Position numbers and translations under genes: made by a program
The notes under the pieces: generated by a model
What the model was told of the DNA's origin: nothing
The model's database searches: none
The model's input: only the letters and a program-made list of their open reading frames with translations
In this document: positions 49,019 through 58,985 of the stretch, piece after piece
Position numbering within the stretch: position 1 is the first letter of the stretch
Layout of the letters: the number at the start of each line of letters is the position of its first letter
Assembly: GCA_003142475.1 (NCBI GenBank)
Contig: PLMK01000006.1
Coordinates: 10,225 to 74,224 of the forward strand
Length of the DNA stretch: 64,000 nucleotides
Origin: Ignavibacteriota bacterium
Lineage (GTDB): Bacteria; Bacteroidota; Ignavibacteria; UBA10030
Direction of reading: 5' to 3'

Positions 49019-51268
49019 TTACTTTGTCGTCATCACAAAGACACCGTTCCATTCAACCGGCGGCGGAGTAATTTGATACAAGTTTGCACGTTCTGTGTAA
49101 ATCTGTGCGACATAACAGGACTCGTCCAATGAATGTGCTTGCTGCATATACGCAATCGCTTCTTCCCATTTCCTTGAGCGGTAGAATTTCAATCCTTCGT
49201 GGTACATCTCAAGTGCCTGTCGCTGATTCTCAGTCATTTCCATTTCTGCAGTGCCGAGCAATTCGTACACCTTCACCGGTTCTGTCTTGCCTTTCACTTG
49301 AATCAAATCAAGTTCCCGTACTATAACTTTGTTTTTCACATGCGTATATGTAAAATCACTGATCATAATACTTGATTGGTATTGTTTGTTAGCGCCTTCA
49401 AGCCGCGAAGCAAGGTTTACACTATCACCGATAACCGTGTAATCAAACCTATCTTTTCCTCCTATATTACCGACAATCATAATGCCAGTATTGATACCCA
49501 TTCGTACTGAAATTACAGGCTTGCTTTCCTTTGCCCATTTTTGCCTGAGTACACGCAAGCGTTTCTGCATCTCCAGCGCTGCAAGACATGTCCGTAGTGC
49601 ATGATCCTTTTGCGGAAGCGGTGCGCCCCAGAATGCCATAATTGCGTCGCCTTCGTATTTATCTAATGTTCCTTCACATTTAAGTACAATATGTGTCATT
49701 TCATTTAAGTATTCATTGAGCAGCGCAACCAATACCTCCGGTTTGCTGTGGTACTGTTCCGAAATACTAGTGAAGTTGGCTATATCAGAGAAAAATACTG
49801 TCAGTTCGCGGCGATCTCCACCAAGCTTTGCTTTCTCCGGATTCAAAACCAGTTCATTTACGACCGTACGATTAATATAATGGCCGAACATATTTTTTAT
49901 GATTGCTTTTTGCTGTCGCTCGGTCAAATACTGATAAACAGTTGTACCGAAATAAGCCAATACAATTGCAAGACACGGGTTAACAACATTCATCAAAATA
50001 TTATTGTTGCTAAACACAATAATAGAAACTTCGAATACAGCGCCAATAAAAATAATGGTTAAAAGAAATGCTCCGATCTCCAGTAGCCACATATGTCGTA
50101 TGTGAACCTGCTTTAGCGCCAATAGACCAAGGAAGCAGATGAGCGAGAGAAGAATTATAACAATTCCTTCGATCAATGGATCCACTGTTGTGATAAAGTG
50201 TTTGTCGATAACATTCTGAATGGCTGTGGCATGAATTTCTACGCCATTCATCGCGTAGTTTCTTTTCCCACCTTCTTCTTTGTAAAGAGGCACATTGTGA
50301 TAATCGCGTTCTTCTGCCATAATGGAACCGATAATGACGATTTTGTCTTTAAAAAGTTTCATTGTGGTCGTATCAAAGGCATTGATCTGTTCACCTAATT
50401 CCAATTCGTCTTTGGTCTGGAAAGTCGAATCATCAATAACTTGAGAAAATGGAACATAGCGAAACGTTCTGTCCGGACCGTAAAAGTTCAACATAAAGGT
50501 GCTGCCATTTCGCGGAATCTTTCGATCTTTGTAGATAAAGAATTGCTCGTTTCTCCAGTCAACGGTTGTCCCTGGTCTGAGTCTGAAGTACTTGTTTAGG
50601 GCAGCAAATCCGAGTGTTGGCGTTTCCCAGCCTTTAACATCTAACAGTGGAAAATAGGAACGGCAGACATTATCTCGATCCTTAAGGATGTTGGTTATGC
50701 CAATATTCTTATCGACGTCATAAAAAATATTATCATAGGTTGGTTCTGTCGCACGTATCTCCGCTTTTTCGTTCGACGATCCCGTTCCTACTGTTGCTGC
50801 AAGTATAACATTGTTGTATTTAGTTAGCGTTGCACGTAATGTACTGTCTCCTTGAACATTTTTTCCGGGCGATTGCAATGTTATATCAAACACTATGGCC
50901 TTTGCACCAGCTTCATTTAAGTTCTCGATGACATGAGCATAATATGACCTAGGAAACGGAAACGGTTCTTGGAGCGCCTTTAGATCCTCCTCATCCGATA
51001 TGCTCACAATAACGATATCACAATTTTTAAGATCTCGTGTCTGCTCGGTTCGTTCATATCTACTTTGGTAACGCAGGTCAATCGTCAATAAATCGATATT
51101 CTTTAGAAAGCTCAGTTCGAAGAGCCATCCTTGTCCGATGATAATGACGAAGATGCCTATGCTCAGACCGATTGACAGCTTAATAAGCATCGGCATTATT
51201 TTTCTTTTGAATTCATAGGAAGGCATAATTCTGATTCCTTTTACGATCAATCGGAGGAATAATCCCAC
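49019..51268 (-). CDS. CHASE2-domain sensor adenylate/guanylate cyclase (class III) with C-terminal TPR-like region
   Basis: N-terminal CHASE2-like extracytoplasmic domain, transmembrane helices, cyclase core (FFSDIANFTSISE..., FDYTVIGDSVNLASRLE). Confidence 0.75.
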   Translation of the reverse strand: MGLFLRLIVKGIRIMPSYEFKRKIMPMLIKLSIGLSIGIFVIIIGQGWLFELSFLKNIDLLTIDLRYQSRYERTEQTRDLKNCDIVIVSISDEEDLKALQEPFPFPRSYYAHVIENLNEAGAKAIVFDITLQSPGKNVQGDSTLRATLTKYNNVILAATVGTGSSNEKAEIRATEPTYDNIFYDVDKNIGITNILKDRDNVCRSYFPLLDVKGWETPTLGFAALNKYFRLRPGTTVDWRNEQFFIYKDRKIPRNGSTFMLNFYGPDRTFRYVPFSQVIDDSTFQTKDELELGEQINAFDTTTMKLFKDKIVIIGSIMAEERDYHNVPLYKEEGGKRNYAMNGVEIHATAIQNVIDKHFITTVDPLIEGIVIILLSLICFLGLLALKQVHIRHMWLLEIGAFLLTIIFIGAVFEVSIIVFSNNNILMNVVNPCLAIVLAYFGTTVYQYLTERQQKAIIKNMFGHYINRTVVNELVLNPEKAKLGGDRRELTVFFSDIANFTSISEQYHSKPEVLVALLNEYLNEMTHIVLKCEGTLDKYEGDAIMAFWGAPLPQKDHALRTCLAALEMQKRLRVLRQKWAKESKPVISVRMGINTGIMIVGNIGGKDRFDYTVIGDSVNLASRLEGANKQYQSSIMISDFTYTHVKNKVIVRELDLIQVKGKTEPVKVYELLGTAEMEMTENQRQALEMYHEGLKFYRSRKWEEAIAYMQQAHSLDESCYVAQIYTERANLYQITPPPVEWNGVFVMTTK

Positions 51269-51319
51269 TTCCTTTTTGCGACGAAGAGAATTGGGAATTT
51301 ATATGTAAAAAATAATTTG

Positions 51320-53857
51320 TTAGAATGTGAAACGATAAATGATACTTGCAATAACATCGTTTCTTATATCCGGGTTCTGAATGAAATCAAGCTGGCCAAC
51401 AATAAACTGATTGTTTATTACTTGATAATCGATACCAGCTTGCACCAAGAACCGTTTGAAATCGCCGAAAGAAGGTGCCAAAGTTGTGAACACATTGAGG
51501 CGATCATTATACATCCGGTAACGTGCAGTAATTGAAAGAGTTTGATAATCAAACGCCTGTTTATTTGTGATGCTAGAATATTGTTTCTTTGCAGTATCTT
51601 CCAATGCAGAATATGTGGCATTATGACTGACAATAATTGCTATAGTTGTTTGCAGTGGAATTTTATAGAGTGTTGTTAACGCTGCAGAAATACTGACATT
51701 GTTCTGATCGTTCTTGTAAAATGTGTCATCTTTTTTGTTTGCGATAGTGACAGACATTGTTGCTGTTTGGCGCGCAAGAAAATTAAAATTATAATTTGTT
51801 GAAAGAAAAAAACGGTTTGTAATTTCATCTGCACAATTCACCGAATCCAATGCCGTAGAGGGGAAAATTGTGTCTGCGGCAGCCGTTACAATAGGATTCA
51901 GATGAAGTTCTATAGGATTTTTACGTGTATTCATGCCGTACCCAACGGTGAAAGAAGGCAGTTCTACACCCGGAAACACCGTTATGTTTGTATTCAGTGT
52001 GTTATATGTTGTTGTCGGAGTATTTACATCGTTCTGTGTATTATTACGTTTTGTTTCGTAGGACACGCTTGCCATCAATTTGTTATCCAATAGCCGAATG
52101 CGGTCAGAGACGTTAATGCCTTCAATATCGGTTTGAATAAAATCATTACCGAATGATTTATAAGCAATGCCGCGCCGGAAGACCAAAGCATGAATATAAT
52201 TATTGAAATAATTCAGCGAAAGATCTGATTCATATGCTAACGATGGTAACGAAGAATTTACAGGATTGAGTGGCCAGAGTTGGCTGTTCACTGTAATAAA
52301 GTTACGGCCGATTTTGGCGGTATTTATATAGTCATTTACCGTTTGGGCAGAATCAGATTTTCCTATTCCAAATTGTCTAAATTCATCGTCTGTCATACTG
52401 CCGCCGGTGATATCATTATTTGTCATACTCATTGCCGCTTGGCTTGCCCACCGGACTTTCTGATTATCAAATGCAATCAGTAGATCTGCACCGGCAACAA
52501 TATTTTCCTGCGGATAAGTACCATATGTAATAGAATTAATGTCGTCTTTTGATTGCATATAGGTAATGCCTAATTGGAAATGTTCTCCGCTTCCAAAACT
52601 AGGACGAATGGCAAAAAAATTACGGGCAAATGTGCCGGAAGTGTACATTCGATAGAAAAGAGTATCCATTGTTGTGGCATATGCAGGATTTTGTCCACCG
52701 AATCTTTCGAATATTGTTTCTTTTGAACGCGCAGATGCCGAAGAAGAATCAGCAAAAAGTGTATCCCCAATTATTGTTCCTTCAATAGCACGGTCTGTTT
52801 TTCCGTATGAGACATCAACATTGAAATAACCAAATGTGAGTGAACCTGTAATACCCCGTACACGTTTTCCGCTTACCACTAGCGATGGTAGAATTGGATA
52901 TGCATCACCGATTTGCACCTTTGCATATTCACCTGCTTGCAATGTTCCAAGAAATCGATCTTGTGGTTGACGATCTGGTTTTTCTTCATTTGTCAAGTGG
53001 ACATCGCCGCCAAACATCAAAAATTTGTATGTTCCGTTCACATGAAGATCTCCGCGTACGTATGTTGTGTTTGCGGAGTCAATCTTCTCATTCCGTAATT
53101 CCAATTGACCGTTACCCTCGTATTGAAGTAAACTTTTTTCTTCTTCGATAGCAGTGGTAGTAGAAAGATTGAAATCTGTGCGTTTTGTGAAGTACAGATT
53201 TCCTAATGTATCACGTAATTCAATTTTAATAGAGTGCACACCAAGTGTAAGTGGCTTATCAAAATTTTTCGGACTGTATAGAATCACATCATCTGAAAGC
53301 AAAGCTTCCTTTGTTACATCAGCTTCGTCAAGATAAACATGTGTACGACGTTTATCGACAGCATCAGATGCGTACATGAGCGATACAGCAACTGCCAAAT
53401 CTTCTGCTGCCAAAGTTTCTCCCTGTTCAGGGCTGAGAAAACGGACCTCCATATCTTTTGGATCCACCCCTTTCACTGAAATCTTTATCGGATTGATTTC
53501 TGGATTTTCTGATGGGAATGTCGCTTGTACGTTATTGCCGAGTCGCATTTCAATATAATATTCAATGTAAGGCGGCGTCATTGATTTTGCCGGGATTGTA
53601 GCAACTGCTGTGCGGCCGGAAAGCAACATATCCATTGCTTTATATTCCGTTACTCCAAATTCGCGATAGTGAAGCAAAACTCTTTGAATTTTAGTATTTT
53701 GAGTCAATTTGACGCTTACAGAAAGTGATGATTGTTCGGAGGCAGGCGGCACTTTTACCTCAATAACGTATTGACTGACTTGCCCATACATCATAGGGAA
53801 TAAGAAAACAAAGAAGAAAAGAAAGGATAGCACGGCAGTGTAGCGAATCCGATTCAT
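51320..53857 (-). CDS. large hypothetical outer-membrane beta-barrel protein
   Basis: Signal peptide (MNRIRYTAVLSFLFFFVFLFPMMYGQ). C-terminus ...IYRFTF with terminal Phe. Last gene of a three-gene secreted/outer-membrane operon. Confidence 0.5.
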   Translation of the reverse strand: MNRIRYTAVLSFLFFFVFLFPMMYGQVSQYVIEVKVPPASEQSSLSVSVKLTQNTKIQRVLLHYREFGVTEYKAMDMLLSGRTAVATIPAKSMTPPYIEYYIEMRLGNNVQATFPSENPEINPIKISVKGVDPKDMEVRFLSPEQGETLAAEDLAVAVSLMYASDAVDKRRTHVYLDEADVTKEALLSDDVILYSPKNFDKPLTLGVHSIKIELRDTLGNLYFTKRTDFNLSTTTAIEEEKSLLQYEGNGQLELRNEKIDSANTTYVRGDLHVNGTYKFLMFGGDVHLTNEEKPDRQPQDRFLGTLQAGEYAKVQIGDAYPILPSLVVSGKRVRGITGSLTFGYFNVDVSYGKTDRAIEGTIIGDTLFADSSSASARSKETIFERFGGQNPAYATTMDTLFYRMYTSGTFARNFFAIRPSFGSGEHFQLGITYMQSKDDINSITYGTYPQENIVAGADLLIAFDNQKVRWASQAAMSMTNNDITGGSMTDDEFRQFGIGKSDSAQTVNDYINTAKIGRNFITVNSQLWPLNPVNSSLPSLAYESDLSLNYFNNYIHALVFRRGIAYKSFGNDFIQTDIEGINVSDRIRLLDNKLMASVSYETKRNNTQNDVNTPTTTYNTLNTNITVFPGVELPSFTVGYGMNTRKNPIELHLNPIVTAAADTIFPSTALDSVNCADEITNRFFLSTNYNFNFLARQTATMSVTIANKKDDTFYKNDQNNVSISAALTTLYKIPLQTTIAIIVSHNATYSALEDTAKKQYSSITNKQAFDYQTLSITARYRMYNDRLNVFTTLAPSFGDFKRFLVQAGIDYQVINNQFIVGQLDFIQNPDIRNDVIASIIYRFTF

Positions 53858-53998
53858 ATCAATTCCTTTAAAAATGTAAGTTAAAATTCTGATGAATAAC
53901 AATGGCAAAGAAGGAAACGGCGGGTTGCCTAATACCCGCCGTTCAAGTTATTAAAAGCATTTATATGAAGCAAGACTACGACGTATGCCAGGATCAGT

Positions 53999-55036
53999 TT
54001 AATCATTCCATTTCAGGATAAGTACTTTTTCCTGCAGTGTGCCGGTTTGACCGGGGATTATCAGCACATGTTGAACCGACTCTACCGGTACTGTGGCAGG
54101 TTTTAGTGATCCGTTAGGCGGTACTATCGTCAAAGAACCATCATTCAATTTTATTGAGAGATAATATTCAAGCTGTGGATATCTTACTTTATCTGCGGAC
54201 AACTGGCCTTGAGCAGTTTGCCCAATAATGGTTAATGGAAGTTCGGTGAATGCCTGTTCATTCTGTTTTCGATAGAATAAAGTTGCGGCTACTGCTCCTC
54301 CTTGAAACGATGACAAATTAACGCGAACAAAGCCAGCAATTCTTGATTTGAGATGGCCGAAATCTGCACCGAGATTATTATAATTGTTTAAAGTAGAATC
54401 CTTGCTATTATCTTCGCCAATATTCTGCCCATTTATTATATTATTAAGAGCTTCCCTGCCAGCTTGGTGTATATTTAACTTGCCACTGCTATCGGCGACA
54501 CCAGTATTCCCAGTACCAACATGTGCGGTTCTACCTGATAGTGAATTTGTGAAGTCAGCAAGGCCTTCGGCAATCGTTAAAGAATCTGCCTTGCCACCAG
54601 CAACATAACCTCCCTGCGTTCCACGAATGGAGGCGACAGAAATTGGAGATGAGAATCGAAATTGCTCTGTCTCAGCTTTTTTAACATTGAAAATCATGTC
54701 TCCCCGATCCATATGAACACTTCGGCTGAGAATTTCCTTTCCCCGCACCTCACCCTTGATGGTTACAATGGATTTTTCACGAAGAATCAATTTTGATTGA
54801 TCGGCAAAAAGAATCATTGCAAGGGATCCTTTATCGGTTTGCACTTCATATCCGGATTTTAGAGTGCTCAACGGAATCGCTTTATGCCATCCAGTGGCAG
54901 GTGATTTCATATTGACGTCTCGGATAACTTTTACAATGTATGCGGAAATATCTTTTTTGTCTTGCTTCCCTTTTTGTCCCAGCGAAAGCACAACAAGGAG
55001 TACCAATACACCTACGATGAGAATTTTCTTTATCAT
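53999..55036 (-). CDS. secreted FecR-domain-like protein
   Basis: Signal/transmembrane anchor, then a FecR-like beta-sandwich region (...ILREKSIVTIKGEVRGKEILSRSVHMDRGDMIFNV...RGTQG). Confidence 0.4.
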   Translation of the reverse strand: MIKKILIVGVLVLLVVLSLGQKGKQDKKDISAYIVKVIRDVNMKSPATGWHKAIPLSTLKSGYEVQTDKGSLAMILFADQSKLILREKSIVTIKGEVRGKEILSRSVHMDRGDMIFNVKKAETEQFRFSSPISVASIRGTQGGYVAGGKADSLTIAEGLADFTNSLSGRTAHVGTGNTGVADSSGKLNIHQAGREALNNIINGQNIGEDNSKDSTLNNYNNLGADFGHLKSRIAGFVRVNLSSFQGGAVAATLFYRKQNEQAFTELPLTIIGQTAQGQLSADKVRYPQLEYYLSIKLNDGSLTIVPPNGSLKPATVPVESVQHVLIIPGQTGTLQEKVLILKWND

Positions 55037-55054
55037 GGTTTTCTCCTTAAGCGC

Positions 55055-56188
55055 TTATTGGTTTTGAACACTTAGTTGTAGATTTACATTAGGATTGCCA
55101 GTGAGATCACGAATAAGATTTTGCAAGTCGGTCTCGGTTAATATACTGCCATCAAGTGTCATCGTGCCATATGCCTGCCAAGCAACCCAATTGCTTGGTT
55201 CTGCTCGAAGCGATGAAAAAATTCCGGATGCACTGCCGGCAGACGTACTCAAGAAATTATCAAGCATTTTCCCAACATTGTCATTGGTAATGCGGAACAC
55301 AACCGGAAGGCTGGCGTTTCCTATTTCACCGCGATTGGTTAACACTTCTGCTTCGACTTGAAGAACGTACGCCTTATTTTCTTGAAGCTGGCGGCTTGCA
55401 TCTTGCGGATATGTGAGTGACGTAGTACCAGTTAATTCTTTTACAAGGTACGGATTTCCGCCTTTCAATGCGTCCTGCGGTGACCGTTGATTCGACCCGG
55501 CTTCATATACAGAAACTTTGACTGTGCTCGCATTCGTTGTCCAACTAAATGTTGGTGCAAGATTCATAAAGTAACTTCCATTCTTCGGATCGTTGATTTC
55601 TACAAAGGCTTCATCCGTTGTGGCATATGGAACGACAATACTCTTTGAAACTCCTCCATAGGTGACTGCATTTGAACTCCACGAATTTGCCTGCAGCACT
55701 TTCGCTGTGATTTGATATTTTCCAGGCGGAGCCGTCGGAGTTGTCAGCGCGAAATCTGTTATTTTCTTTTTCAAACTTGCATTCATATAATAAGTAGAAG
55801 GTTTAAGCAGTGCGACTCCAGATCCGTTTATTGCAAAGTCATTCGCAGTGAGTGTTCGGCTGCCATTAATGATGAAATCTTTTGAAATCCCACTTACCAA
55901 TACTGCAGGTCGAGGATCTCCACGAAGTTGAACTTGAATTTCCAAGTAAATACAAACTTTAATATTTCCACCTGGGGGAGTTACTACTGTCAAATCCAGC
56001 GAGATTCCTGATATGGAAGAATTTACCATTTGGGTTTTAGTATCAATAAAATCTATAAGGTAAATGACATCGTAATCAGTGAAGTTAAGATTTGCTTGGA
56101 CTTGCTGTGCCTTGGCAGTTGTGAAGCACAATTCTAATATGATCACGGCAAATATAAGCAGTAACAATTTCATTTGGATGCTTTTCAT
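55055..56188 (-). CDS. hypothetical secreted protein
   Basis: Signal peptide and Ser/Thr/Asn-rich beta-rich composition. 18 nt upstream of the FecR-like gene. Confidence 0.45.
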   Translation of the reverse strand: MKSIQMKLLLLIFAVIILELCFTTAKAQQVQANLNFTDYDVIYLIDFIDTKTQMVNSSISGISLDLTVVTPPGGNIKVCIYLEIQVQLRGDPRPAVLVSGISKDFIINGSRTLTANDFAINGSGVALLKPSTYYMNASLKKKITDFALTTPTAPPGKYQITAKVLQANSWSSNAVTYGGVSKSIVVPYATTDEAFVEINDPKNGSYFMNLAPTFSWTTNASTVKVSVYEAGSNQRSPQDALKGGNPYLVKELTGTTSLTYPQDASRQLQENKAYVLQVEAEVLTNRGEIGNASLPVVFRITNDNVGKMLDNFLSTSAGSASGIFSSLRAEPSNWVAWQAYGTMTLDGSILTETDLQNLIRDLTGNPNVNLQLSVQNQ

Positions 56189-56279
56189 AACATAAAGCTC
56201 CTTTGGTTCGTTAATTTATATGTCTATATATAGCAGATGGAGTAATAAAACACGTTGACAACTATCACGCAGGCAGGGT

Positions 56280-57641
56280 TTAAAAATTCACGACATCATT
56301 ATAAAGAACGAACGCCATAAAAACAAGCAATAAGATAAATCCCGCTTGCTGAAGAGCAATTTTGATTTTGGCAGGTACTTCCCTTCTAAAGACAGCTTCA
56401 TAGACGAGAAAAACAAGATGTCCGCCGTCAAGCGCCGGGAACGGAAGTATATTCAGTAATGCAAGACTGATACTTAATATGCTGATGAAACCGAAGAACT
56501 CCAAAACGCCGTCTTCGGCAGATCGTTTTGCCATTTGGGCAATTTTCACCGGCCCGCCGACTGATTTACTCAGCGAAGCTTTTCCCGTTACAATTTGGTA
56601 GAGATTGGTGAGAATAAGAACACTTGTCGTTTTCAATTCTCCGACACCAATCGGAAGGGCTTCGAACAGGGAATATTGTTTATGAATTACCGGACCTTGA
56701 TATGCACCGGAGAGAGAAATCCCGATGCGTCCTTCTGCGGTTGGTCTTACATGCGCATTCATTCTCTGATTTCCGCGCGCCCAGGACAATAAAATTTCTT
56801 TCCCGGCATTCATCCGAATTGCTTCCTGCAACGAACCAAAGCCTACCGGTACTTCGTTCACTGCAAGCAATGTATCACCCGACTGCAAACCAATTTGTTC
56901 AGCCGGCTTTCCGCGGTCCACAAGCTCAACTACGGGGACAATACCGGTCGGGAACATGCCAAACCCTTCTTTCATAAAATCCGGCAGCTCCGAACGGCGA
57001 ATGGAAAGAGTATGGACCGCACCGGAACGTTGTATCTGTATCGTTAAATCATTTGTCACCGATTCAGTATACAACGTGCTTTCAATTTCATCCCACTGTT
57101 TCACAGGATGATTATTGATGGAAATAATTTTATCGCCGCTCTGCATTCCGGCTTTTGCTGCAACACTGTTCGATGTTACATAACCGATTTCCGTCACCGG
57201 ACGGATCGTCTTACCCTGGTGAAAAATTATCCCCCAAAAAATAAAAACGGCAAGAAGAAGATTCATCATGACGCCGGCGGAAATAACGATCATCCGCTTC
57301 CAAATAGGCTTGGAACGGAACTCCCACGGCTGCGGTTCTTTATTTAAAAACTCTGTATCGAGGCTTTCGTCGATCATCCCTGCAATTTTTACATACCCGC
57401 CGATGGGAAAAGCAGCAACGCGGTAATCGGTATTCCCCTGCAGATCCAAATCTTCTTTCAATGAACCAAAGGTAAATTTGCTGACCTTGTTCCAGCCAAA
57501 AACGCGGTTGCCCATTCCCAGTGCAAATACTTCGGCGCGCATTCCGCAAGCGATCGCCGCAAGAAAGTGTCCTGACTCATGCACCAGCACAAGGATGCCG
57601 ATGGTGATGATAAAATAGAATAACGTACTTACTATCGCCAT
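56280..57641 (-). CDS. rseP: RIP metalloprotease RseP (site-2 protease)
   Basis: HESGHFLAA (HExxH in transmembrane helix 1), PDZ domains, and LDGGH motif in the C-terminal membrane region. Confidence 0.9.
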   Translation of the reverse strand: MAIVSTLFYFIITIGILVLVHESGHFLAAIACGMRAEVFALGMGNRVFGWNKVSKFTFGSLKEDLDLQGNTDYRVAAFPIGGYVKIAGMIDESLDTEFLNKEPQPWEFRSKPIWKRMIVISAGVMMNLLLAVFIFWGIIFHQGKTIRPVTEIGYVTSNSVAAKAGMQSGDKIISINNHPVKQWDEIESTLYTESVTNDLTIQIQRSGAVHTLSIRRSELPDFMKEGFGMFPTGIVPVVELVDRGKPAEQIGLQSGDTLLAVNEVPVGFGSLQEAIRMNAGKEILLSWARGNQRMNAHVRPTAEGRIGISLSGAYQGPVIHKQYSLFEALPIGVGELKTTSVLILTNLYQIVTGKASLSKSVGGPVKIAQMAKRSAEDGVLEFFGFISILSISLALLNILPFPALDGGHLVFLVYEAVFRREVPAKIKIALQQAGFILLLVFMAFVLYNDVVNF

Positions 57642-57694
57642 AAGTTTAATTCATTTTTGTTCTATTATGGAAGGTTAATGTTCAACACTGCAGG

Positions 57695-58849
57695 TTACAA
57701 TAAAGTTCGGACATACTCCCGTGTTTTATGGTCGCTTTGAAACGTGTGTTCAAGATCGGGCGAAACGTGGTTTTTTTGTTTGGCCAAGGCTTGTTCAATT
57801 AATTCGGGTATTCTCTGGAATGGAATTTTCTTTTCTAAAAAAGCCTGCACTGCCACTTCGTTGGCAGCATTCATAATGGCGGGAGCGGTTCCGCCCAAGG
57901 CCATTGCGTCGTACGCCAATTGCAGGCATGGGAATTTTTTGCGGTCCGGTGCAAAGAATGTCATTGACTGCAACTTTGGAAAATCCACGTGACTTCCGTT
58001 CATCGGACATCGTTCAGGATATGTTAATGCGTATTGAATCGGAAGTTTCATGTCTGGCATGCCAAGCTGCGCTTTTATGGAACCGTCTACGAACTCTACC
58101 ATCGAATGAATAATAGATTGCGGATGAATCACAACATCAATACGTTCTGTTGGTAGGCCGAATAGCCAGCGTGCTTCAATCACTTCCAGACCCTTGTTCA
58201 TCAAGGTGGCTGAGTCGATTGTAATCTTATTTCCCATTTTCCAATTAGGGTGATTCAGCGCTTGTTCAACGGTAATAGATGCGAATGCATCTTCAGGCGT
58301 GTTCAGTAGCGGTCCACCGGATGCTGTAAGGATAATCCTACTCGCACTATTCCAATCTTCGCCGACAAGACATTGCAAAATAGCACTGTGCTCACTATCA
58401 ATCGGAACTAAATGAACACTATATTCCTTTACTAACGAAGTAACAAGTTCTCCGGCAACAACAAGTGTTTCTTTGTTCGCAAGAGCAATGTGTTTTCGAT
58501 GTTTGATTGCCTCGACGGTCGGTTTCAATCCGGCAAACCCGACAATTGAATTGATGACGAGATCGACATCATCCCGGCGAACAACTTCCAGCAATCCTTC
58601 TCGTCCGGTAAGTACTTCCACCGAATCACCAAACATTGACTGCAACGCCGCAGCTTTGGTTTCGTCTAATACTACAACACCGTGTGGGTGAAAATGCTCG
58701 ATCTGGTTTTGCAGTAGTTCGATGTTGGTATTAGTTGTAAGGTAGGTAATACTGAATCTGTCTTTAAGATTATGAATAACCGAAAGGCAGTTCCGGCCAA
58801 TAGAGCCGGTCGAACCAAGGATAGCAATATGCTTTGGATTCTGACTCAT
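57695..58849 (-). CDS. dxr: 1-deoxy-D-xylulose 5-phosphate reductoisomerase
   Basis: ILGSTGSIGRNCLSVI NADPH motif and full-length DXR pattern. Conserved dxr-rseP neighbourhood. Confidence 0.9.
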   Translation of the reverse strand: MSQNPKHIAILGSTGSIGRNCLSVIHNLKDRFSITYLTTNTNIELLQNQIEHFHPHGVVVLDETKAAALQSMFGDSVEVLTGREGLLEVVRRDDVDLVINSIVGFAGLKPTVEAIKHRKHIALANKETLVVAGELVTSLVKEYSVHLVPIDSEHSAILQCLVGEDWNSASRIILTASGGPLLNTPEDAFASITVEQALNHPNWKMGNKITIDSATLMNKGLEVIEARWLFGLPTERIDVVIHPQSIIHSMVEFVDGSIKAQLGMPDMKLPIQYALTYPERCPMNGSHVDFPKLQSMTFFAPDRKKFPCLQLAYDAMALGGTAPAIMNAANEVAVQAFLEKKIPFQRIPELIEQALAKQKNHVSPDLEHTFQSDHKTREYVRTLL

Positions 58850-58985
58850 ACTGTATTATCAAGGTAATCAAATTCGCAAGGCATGTCAAGGAAGGCAATC
58901 TTCACAATTCGTCATCGCAAATCGAAATTGCTTTTTGTATATTGACGCAAAGATTAATTCATAATCATAAATTATTAATGAAAAA

